Shown here: one piece after another, positions 7,049-13,081 of the stretch
Layout of the letters: each line of letters starts with the position of its first letter
Position numbering within the stretch: the stretch's first letter is position 1
NCBI GenBank assembly: GCA_041742355.1
Contig: JBGSIV010000153.1
Location: forward strand, 1 to 13,081
Length of the DNA: 13,081 nucleotides
Direction: 5' to 3'
Origin: Candidatus Zixiibacteriota bacterium
Lineage (GTDB): Bacteria > Zixibacteria > MSB-5A5 > GN15 > FEB-12
The notes under the pieces: model-generated
Seen by the model: the letters and a program-made list of their open reading frames with translations, nothing else
What the model was told of the DNA's origin: nothing
Databases searched by the model: none
Position numbers and translations under genes: made by a program

Positions 7049-8773
7049 ATGAAGCCGGGTCTGTTCTCCATATCGGCCGGACGGCTGAGGCCATCGTACG
7101 ACAAGGCGCTCGCGAAGATCGAGCGGGTCGAGGCGATGCGGCGGATTATGACGCGGGATGCGTCGGCATACGGCGGGACCGAAATCCTGCACGAGAAGAT
7201 CACCAACCGTCTGGGGTGGGTCGATATTGCCGGCAAGATGCGTCGGAAAGCGGCCGAAATTGAGGCCTTCGGGCAATCGGTGCTCCAGGACGGCCTCCGC
7301 CATGTCGTGCTGCTGGGAATGGGGGGATCGTCACTCTGCCCCGACCTCTTCGGGCGGGTGTTCGGGACCCGCGCGGGGATCGAGACGTTCACGGTGCTCG
7401 ACTCGACCGATCCGTCGGCGGTGAAAGCGGCGCGGCAGAGGATAGCCCTGGATCGGACGTTGTTTATCGTGTCGTCGAAATCGGGCGGGACGGTGGAGAC
7501 GCGGTCGCAGATGATGTACTTCCTTGGGCAGTTGGCGAACGCGGGGATAGAGAGGCCGGGGAGTCACTTTGTCGCGATAACCGACAAAGGAAGCTCGCTT
7601 GCGACCACGGGCAAGCAGGAGAAATTCCGCAAGGTGTTCATCAATCCCTCGGATATCGGCGGGCGGTACTCGGCGCTGTCGTATTTCGGGCTGGTGCCGG
7701 CATGGTTTGCCGGGGTGGGGCTGAAGGGATTGCTCGATGACGCGTTTACGATGGAGAAGCTGGTGCGCGAACGCACCGATGAGACGAATCCCGCATCGGC
7801 GCTCGCGGCGCTGATGGCGACGGCGGCCGGCGAGGGAATGAACAAATTGACGTTCGTGGCTTCGGGAAAGATAGCGCCGCTGATCCCGTGGATCGAACAG
7901 CTGGTGGCGGAGTCGACCGGCAAGAAGGGGAAGGGCGTTGTGCCGATCGAGGGGGAGCCGCTCGGAGCAATATCGGAGTATGGTCCGGATCGGGTGTTCG
8001 TGACAATTCGGATGGACAGCGAAAAGTCCCCGCTGCCAAATGATCTTCGCGGAGCGCTGCAAAAGAAGAACACGCCGATCGTGGAAATCACGCTGAATTC
8101 GCTCGATCAGCTTGGCGGGCAATTCGTGTTGTGGGAGGCTGCGACCGCAGCGGCGGGATGGCTCATGGGAATCAACCCGTTTGACGAGCCGAATGTGACC
8201 GAGAGCAAGCAGAACACCGAGAAGATACTGGACGGGTACCGTGAGTCGGGGCAGTTCGCGGATCTGACGCCGTCGGCGTCGTACAACAGCCTCGCGCTCC
8301 TGAGTCATGGCGGGCGGAAAAAGTACAAGCTCTCGGAGATTTCCGACCTGAAGCAACTGCTGGCGAAATTCCTGGGCGGGTTGAAGGGGCCGCAGTATCT
8401 GTCCGTCCTGTGTTACCTGAAAGAAGAGCCGCAGATCGATAAGGCGCTGAGCCAGGTGCGGACAGCGATTCGCCGGAAACACAAGACGGCGACGTTGCGG
8501 GGGTACGGGCCGAGGTACCTCCATTCGATCGGGCAGTTGTATAAAGGAGGGCCGGAGGAAGGGCGGTTTATCGTCTTTGTCCGGTCGGATTACGAGTCGC
8601 TGGAGATTCCTGGCCGTTTCTATGATTTCGGCCAACTCATCACGGCGCAGGCGATCGGCGATGCGCGCGCCCTGCTTTCGCGCAACCTGCCGATCCTCGT
8701 GTTTGCCGTCAAGGGAAATGCCATCAAAGGAGTAAAGGAGTTCGCCGATGTCATCGATGCGGTTTGCCAGTGA
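7049..8773 (+). CDS. pgi: Glucose-6-phosphate isomerase of the type found in transaldolase/PGI fusions, here stand-alone, 574 aa
   Basis: RLGWVD, LLGMGGSSLCP, LDSTDP, VSSKSGGTVET, FVAITDKGSSL, DIGGRYSALSYFGLVPA, WIEQLVAESTGK, INPFDEPNVTESK, GPRYLHSIGQLYKGGP, AQAIGD. GAGGTG SD 10 nt before ATG7049. Confidence 0.85.
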   Translation: MKPGLFSISAGRLRPSYDKALAKIERVEAMRRIMTRDASAYGGTEILHEKITNRLGWVDIAGKMRRKAAEIEAFGQSVLQDGLRHVVLLGMGGSSLCPDLFGRVFGTRAGIETFTVLDSTDPSAVKAARQRIALDRTLFIVSSKSGGTVETRSQMMYFLGQLANAGIERPGSHFVAITDKGSSLATTGKQEKFRKVFINPSDIGGRYSALSYFGLVPAWFAGVGLKGLLDDAFTMEKLVRERTDETNPASALAALMATAAGEGMNKLTFVASGKIAPLIPWIEQLVAESTGKKGKGVVPIEGEPLGAISEYGPDRVFVTIRMDSEKSPLPNDLRGALQKKNTPIVEITLNSLDQLGGQFVLWEAATAAAGWLMGINPFDEPNVTESKQNTEKILDGYRESGQFADLTPSASYNSLALLSHGGRKKYKLSEISDLKQLLAKFLGGLKGPQYLSVLCYLKEEPQIDKALSQVRTAIRRKHKTATLRGYGPRYLHSIGQLYKGGPEEGRFIVFVRSDYESLEIPGRFYDFGQLITAQAIGDARALLSRNLPILVFAVKGNAIKGVKEFADVIDAVCQ

Positions 8774-10724
8774 CCGGGAGACGGGGGAGCGGGCGTTTGA
8801 TCCGTGGCGCGGATTCTCGCAGAGCGCACTACCGGCCGAATGGCAGAAAAAGCTGACGGCGATGGCCCGGTCGTGCCGGGCGCACATTCTGAAGATGACA
8901 TCAATCGCGGCCTCGGGACATCCGGGCGGTTCGATGTCGTCGATAGAGGTCTACCTGACCCTGTACAATATGGCCAGGGTCGACCCGAAGAACCCGATGC
9001 GGGACGATCGGGATCGGATCATCATCTCTCATGGACATACTTCGCCCGGGGTCTATTCGGCCCTGGCGGCGGCGGGATTCTTCGACATCACACCCGTGCT
9101 CCACGGATTCCGGCAGGGCGGATCACCCTTTGAGGGGCATGTCGAGCGGACAGTACCTGGAGTCGAGTGGGACACGGGTAACCTCGGCCAGGGGCTGTCG
9201 GTGGGGGTCGGCAAAGCGATCTACGCGAGGCTGTCGGGATTAAATTTCCACACTTACGTGGTCATGGGTGACGGTGAGCAGCAGAAAGGGCAGATATCCG
9301 AAGCGCGGCGGATGGCCGCGAAGTTCGGCCTGACCAGCCTCACGGCCATTATCGACTACAACCGGCTGCAGATCTCGGGCCGAACGCGGGACATCATGCC
9401 GCAGGATCTGGCGGCGGAGTGGGAGGCGGATGGGTGGGAGTCAGTGGAGATCGACGGCCACGATTTCGACCAGATTTACAGCGAGCTGCGCCGGGCCCGG
9501 GCCGGCGCTGAGAAGCCGATCGTGATCATCGCCCGCACGGTGATGGGAAAAGATGTCGGCTTCATGGAAAACGACGAGAGCTACCACGGCGCACCGGTGA
9601 AGCCGGAGATGCTGGAGTCGGCGCTTGCTCAGGTGGGGAGCACGCCCGACGATATTCCCTCACTGCTCGAGCTGCGCAAGCAGGGGCCGCCGCCGATATT
9701 CAAGCGAGAAGACACGCCTTATCCGTTGGTCGACGGGGGCGCACCGCACACGTACGATGTGAGCACGGCGACGGACAACCGCTCGGCGTTTGGCAAGGCG
9801 CTGGTGTCGGTGGCTGACATGAACATGGTGCGACCCGATTTCGTCATGGCGGTGTTCGACTGCGATCTGGCCGGCTCGGTCAAAACGTCGGGGTTCGCCT
9901 CGAAGTACCCCGATCATTTCTTCCAATGCGGCATTACCGAGCACAGCACGGCGGCGACGGCAGGAGCCTTGTCGGCAGAGTGCGCGGTATCGGTGTGGGC
10001 CGATTTCGGCGTATTCGGCGTGGACGAGACATACAATCAGGCGCGGCTGAATGATATCAACCACACCAACGTCAAGCTCTTCTGCACGCACACGGGGGTG
10101 CAGGTGGGCGAGGACGGCAAGACGCACCAGTGTATCGATTACTTCGCGCTCTTGAATTCGACGTTCGGATGGAAAGTGATCACGCCGGCCGATCCGAATC
10201 AGACTGATCGGGTGACACGGTACGTGTTGTCGGAGCCGGGCAACTTCGCGGTGTTCATGGGGCGGTCGAAGGCGCCGATTATCACCGATGAGCACGGCAA
10301 GCCGTTCTTCGGCGGTGATTACGAATACCGCTACGGAAGAATGGATGTGGTGCGCCGAGGGGAAAAACTGGCGCTGGTGACGGCCGGGAATATGTGCGAG
10401 ATCGCCATGGGGGCCTGGGAGAAGCTACACAGAGATCATCTGAATATCTCTTTGATCAACGTGTCGGACTGGTCGGATTTCCACGCCGATGACCTCCAGA
10501 TGCTGGCGACATACCAGCATGTTGTAGTGCTTGAGGATCACAATGTGAAAACCGGACTCGGGACCGCCCTGGCGGCCGACCTGTTCCAATCGGGGGCAAA
10601 GTGCACTCTGACGAAGCTCGGGGTGACCGGGTATGCGTCATCCGGTAAGCCCTCGGAGCTGTTCAAGCTGCTCGGCCTTGATGTCGACTCCGTGGTCGGA
10701 CGGATCCGACGAATCCTTTGCTAG
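8748..10724 (+). CDS. tkt: Transketolase (single chain), 658 aa
   Basis: SGHPGGSMS, RDRIIISHGH, GHVE..VPGVEWDTGNLGQGLS, TPP motif MGDGE...IIDYN, IDGHDF, YHG, GITEHS, VGEDGKTHQ, EDHN..TGLG. AAGGAG SD 7 nt upstream; overlaps pgi by 26 nt. Confidence 0.92.
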   Translation: MSSMRFASDRETGERAFDPWRGFSQSALPAEWQKKLTAMARSCRAHILKMTSIAASGHPGGSMSSIEVYLTLYNMARVDPKNPMRDDRDRIIISHGHTSPGVYSALAAAGFFDITPVLHGFRQGGSPFEGHVERTVPGVEWDTGNLGQGLSVGVGKAIYARLSGLNFHTYVVMGDGEQQKGQISEARRMAAKFGLTSLTAIIDYNRLQISGRTRDIMPQDLAAEWEADGWESVEIDGHDFDQIYSELRRARAGAEKPIVIIARTVMGKDVGFMENDESYHGAPVKPEMLESALAQVGSTPDDIPSLLELRKQGPPPIFKREDTPYPLVDGGAPHTYDVSTATDNRSAFGKALVSVADMNMVRPDFVMAVFDCDLAGSVKTSGFASKYPDHFFQCGITEHSTAATAGALSAECAVSVWADFGVFGVDETYNQARLNDINHTNVKLFCTHTGVQVGEDGKTHQCIDYFALLNSTFGWKVITPADPNQTDRVTRYVLSEPGNFAVFMGRSKAPIITDEHGKPFFGGDYEYRYGRMDVVRRGEKLALVTAGNMCEIAMGAWEKLHRDHLNISLINVSDWSDFHADDLQMLATYQHVVVLEDHNVKTGLGTALAADLFQSGAKCTLTKLGVTGYASSGKPSELFKLLGLDVDSVVGRIRRILC

Positions 10725-10756
10725 ATCTTCCGCCCCTGCGCTTTCGGATATTTGGC

Positions 10757-10785
10757 TTGCCGGCCCCTGCCGGGGCTGGTATGCT
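10757..10785 (+). promoter_or_regulatory. Predicted internal promoter for the glk-like/thiN pair
   Basis: TTGCCG (10757-10762) - 17 nt - TATGCT (10780-10785) with a TGn extended -10 (TGG 10777-10779). Confidence 0.55.
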
Positions 10786-10866
10786 TTTGGGAACGACCAG
10801 ACAGCTTCCCGGCGGACGAATCCGACCGGGGAGCAAGACCTGATCCGGCGACAGCCGGGAGACCAC

Positions 10867-11841
10867 ATGTTTGCAGCATATGTAAATCCAAGAACGACCC
10901 GCCTGGCCAGTATCTCGCAGATGAACGGCGAGATCGTCCTGCATAATCGCACCAAATTCAATACCGCCGAATTCGACAGCCTCGAGACCATCCTCCAGCG
11001 CTACTTTCGGCGCAACGAAGGACGAGGCGGCGTACTGGCGATCGCGGCCCCCGGCGTGGAGGAGGGAGAGACGAGGGCGTCGAGCCAGTTGCCGTGGCCG
11101 ATTCATGCGGCGCTGCTGGCGGAGCAGTTCGACTTTGCCTCGGTGCAGCTGTACGATGAGCCGCTGGCGACGGCGCGGGGGGTGTTCGAACTGCGTCCGG
11201 AGAAGCTCTTCACAATCAACCATGGCGCCAAATCACCCATCGGAAATGTGGGGTTGATGGCGGTGGACAGCGGTCTTGAGGAAGTGCTGATGGTCCGCTC
11301 GGGCACGCGCTACTGCACGTTTTTGAGCGACGGTGGGAGCACCGGCTTCGGGCCATCGACGCAGCTCGAGGCGGAACTCTGGCAGCACCTCTATGCGCAA
11401 CGGGAAATGGTTGAAGTGCGGGATGTTGTGGGTTACGGCGGGCTGGTACGGATCTACGAGTTTCTGCTGGAGAACAGGGGGCACGACGTGCCTTCGTGGT
11501 ATGCGAAGGCGGAGGACCGGGCAACCAGGATCGTCGAGATGGCGCTCTCTGGGGCCGATGCTCCGGCGGAAGGGGCGGTCGATCTGCTGGTGGACTGCTT
11601 GGCGGTAGAGGCAGCGAATTTCGCACTGCGCGGGGTGACAACCGGCGGGCTGTATCTCGCGGGCCGGCTGACTACTGAACTGATTCCGGCACTCGATCAG
11701 GGGCAGTTTCTCGATAACTTCCTGCAGCGGGGGGCGGCGGAAGCAAGGCTGAGAGGGATTCCCATTTATGTCATCATGGATCGGAACACGGCCCTCCTCG
11801 GAGCGGCACGGCTGGCGCTGGAGTCGGGTTGTCCGGAGTAA
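10867..11841 (+). CDS. Glucokinase (E. coli Glk family)-fold protein with degenerate catalytic motifs, 324 aa
   Basis: Colinear over its full length with Glk: TRLA, FDSLETIL..Y, LPW.I, GFGPST..E, GLVRIYEFL, EAANFAL...TTGGLYLAG, IPIYVIM..NTALLGAA. GGAG SD 5 nt before ATG10867. The DxGGT, ND, GxGTGLG and EGGH motifs are all substituted. Confidence 0.8.
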   Translation: MFAAYVNPRTTRLASISQMNGEIVLHNRTKFNTAEFDSLETILQRYFRRNEGRGGVLAIAAPGVEEGETRASSQLPWPIHAALLAEQFDFASVQLYDEPLATARGVFELRPEKLFTINHGAKSPIGNVGLMAVDSGLEEVLMVRSGTRYCTFLSDGGSTGFGPSTQLEAELWQHLYAQREMVEVRDVVGYGGLVRIYEFLLENRGHDVPSWYAKAEDRATRIVEMALSGADAPAEGAVDLLVDCLAVEAANFALRGVTTGGLYLAGRLTTELIPALDQGQFLDNFLQRGAAEARLRGIPIYVIMDRNTALLGAARLALESGCPE

Positions 11842-12494
11842 AGAAAAGACGCGCGGTCGCGTTCCTCCACGGCCAATATCGCGACAGCGATCTGCCGTTC
11901 TACCGGGAGCTGTGCCGCGGGGGACGGACAATCGCGGTGGACGGGGGATACGGGTTCTTCCGCAAGGCGGGGATGGTACCGGATGTGCTGATCGGGGACT
12001 TCGATTCACTTAAGCGAATGCCCAAGCTGCCGAAAGCGACCCAGATACTGCGGTATCCTCAACACAAGGATAAGACGGACGCTCACCTCGCGATCGACTA
12101 CTGCCTCGAGCAGGGGGTGGGGAAGATCGACCTGGTGATGCCGGCGTGCGGGGACATAGACCACGCGCTGGGTTCGATACTTCTGCTAGGGCTGGCCGGG
12201 CTGGTGAAGGGGCCCCGGCCGGAGGTGCGAGTGGTCAATCCAGGTTATGAAGTTCGGCTTGTGGCGGATGGACAGACGGTGTTCAGCGCGTGCGCCGGGG
12301 ATACAGTATCGGTCCTGCCGCTTTCGAGCCGGATTCTTCTGACCTGTAGCGGTATGGAGTATGCTGCGCGGCGGGTCTGGCTGCGGTTGGGGGAGACGCG
12401 GGGGTTGCGCAACCGGGTAACCAGGCCGCGGGCGACGGTCGCCGTGAAGGGGAAGGCGCTGGCCATTCACCTGTTCGACGGGGGCAGAAAGTAA
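11829..12494 (+). CDS. thiN: Thiamine pyrophosphokinase, about 221 aa
   Basis: IAVDGG, PDVLIGDFDSL, YPQHKDKTD..LA, GDIDHALG, VSVLP, GMEY, GLRN. TTG start with GGAG upstream, overlapping the previous gene by 13 nt. Confidence 0.9.
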   Translation: MSGVKKRRAVAFLHGQYRDSDLPFYRELCRGGRTIAVDGGYGFFRKAGMVPDVLIGDFDSLKRMPKLPKATQILRYPQHKDKTDAHLAIDYCLEQGVGKIDLVMPACGDIDHALGSILLLGLAGLVKGPRPEVRVVNPGYEVRLVADGQTVFSACAGDTVSVLPLSSRILLTCSGMEYAARRVWLRLGETRGLRNRVTRPRATVAVKGKALAIHLFDGGRK

Positions 12495-12596
12495 GCTGGG
12501 GAGAAGGGGTTGAGCCAGGAACAAAGGGACGCCACAGGGGTGTTGCCGATGGTATGGCGTGGTCCAAATGAAGCCATATTTTGCTCTCCGTTTAGC

Positions 12597-12624
12597 TTGA
12601 CAACGGGGTCTTAAGGTATATATT
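12597..12624 (+). promoter_or_regulatory. Strong sigma70-type promoter for tRNA-Gln
   Basis: Consensus TTGACA (12597-12602) - 16 nt - TATATT (12619-12624), followed by CAAGGCC. Confidence 0.8.
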
Positions 12625-12690
12625 CAAGGCCTGTGCCCAGACCCGTTGGACTCAAAGAACGGTGTGCCGGGCCGACAATAGAAGACATAC

Positions 12691-12761
12691 TGGGCGATCG
12701 TCCAATGGTAGGACATGCGGCTCTGGACCGTAGAATCGGGGTTCGAATCCCTGTCGCCCAG
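12691..12761 (+). tRNA. tRNA-Gln (anticodon CTG), CCA not encoded
   Basis: Acceptor TGGGCGA/TCGCCCA; D arm GTCC-AATGGTA-GGAC; anticodon arm TGCGG-CTCTGGA-CCGTA (CTG at 12723-12725); T arm CGGGG-TTCGAAT-CCCTG; discriminator G followed by CTT. Confidence 0.97.
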
Positions 12762-12777
12762 CTTAATTTCCGATAGC

Positions 12778-12810
12778 GGCTCTTCAACGAGATAGTTGAA
12801 GGGTTTTTTT
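12778..12810 (+). terminator. Intrinsic terminator after tRNA-Gln
   Basis: CTCTTCAAC-GAGATA-GTTGAAGGG stem-loop followed by 7 T. Confidence 0.85.
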
Positions 12811-12940
12811 GTGGGGAAAAGGGCCGAAACTGCCACTGAGCCGTCCCAGTGTCGGCCTATCGAGGTATGCCGCAGGCTTCACGAGGGGATGCAATGGGGG
12901 GATTAAACCGCTGCGACCAAGAGAACACCCGTCCAGTTTC

Positions 12941-12973
12941 AAAGTCCCGGGAAGGAGTTACCCTTCCCGGGAC
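12941..12973 (-). terminator. Probable terminator of the convergent minus-strand gene
   Basis: Perfect 12-bp inverted repeat GTCCCGGGAAGG / CCTTCCCGGGAC with a 6-nt loop, 26 nt past the stop at 13000. Only a short T tract (TTT) follows on the minus strand. Confidence 0.7.
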
Positions 12974-12999
12974 AATGTATTGAGCCGAAGCTCAACTAC

Positions 13000-13081
13000 T
13001 TACTTCACCAACACCATCTTCTTGGTGGCGCTGAAGGAACCAGCTTCCACGTTGTAGAAGTAGATACCGGAAGACAGGTTG
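13000..13081 (-). CDS. 3' end (partial) of a protein with a T9SS type A / FlgD-Ig-like C-terminal domain
   Basis: Minus-strand translation NLSSGIYFYNVEAGSFSATKKMVLVK* matches the typical L.SG.Y.Y......KK...K C-terminal pattern. Not in the supplied ORF track because it is truncated by the window edge. Confidence 0.85.
   Translation of the reverse strand, partial: NLSSGIYFYNVEAGSFSATKKMVLVK

Noticed and set aside
1640..8887. Long antisense ORFs (1640..2611 +, 3508..4437 -, 4516..5568 -, 5435..7303 -, 7331..8887 -)
   Set aside because: They shadow well-supported genes on the opposite strand, have no recognisable motifs, and are expected from GC-rich codon usage.
10800..10862. Canonical TPP riboswitch call
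   Set aside because: The CTGAGA pyrimidine-sensing element, TAAT loop and P4/P1 closure are missing. Kept only as a partial-similarity finding.
10867..11841. Pseudogene call or plain glk annotation
   Set aside because: No frameshift or stop and an intact SD argue against a pseudogene; missing catalytic motifs argue against a normal glucokinase.
12691..13000. tRNA as integration site of a genomic island
   Set aside because: No integrase, no duplicated tRNA 3' end in the window, and ordinary terminators follow.
12624..13057. Short ORFs 12624..12836 (-) and 12809..13057 (+)
   Set aside because: They overlap the tRNA, terminators or the convergent gene and have no coding signature.

Overview
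GC-rich bacterial chromosomal window of mostly housekeeping/anaerobic-metabolism genes. The C-terminal ...SGIYFY...KKMVLVK tail at the right edge suggests an FCB-superphylum lineage such as Zixibacteria (inference only). Order: membrane protein (GT-C-like, +), ornithine aminotransferase rocD (-), divergent electron-bifurcating transhydrogenase nfnAB (+), cupin, queG, then pgi - tkt - glucokinase-like - thiN (+), tRNA-Gln(CUG), and the 3' end of a convergent secreted-protein gene. No mobile element or CRISPR array was seen. The most unusual item is an intact Glk-fold gene in which almost every ATP- and glucose-binding motif is replaced (candidate pseudokinase). It overlaps thiamine pyrophosphokinase, and both follow their own predicted promoter and a switch-like structured leader, directly downstream of a TPP-dependent transketolase. 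Also notable are two divergent promoters (rocD/nfnAB) sharing an in-register motif, and a stand-alone Tal/Pgi-type PGI whose His motif lies in an extra C-terminal domain. All calls come from by-eye motif recognition; no searches were run.
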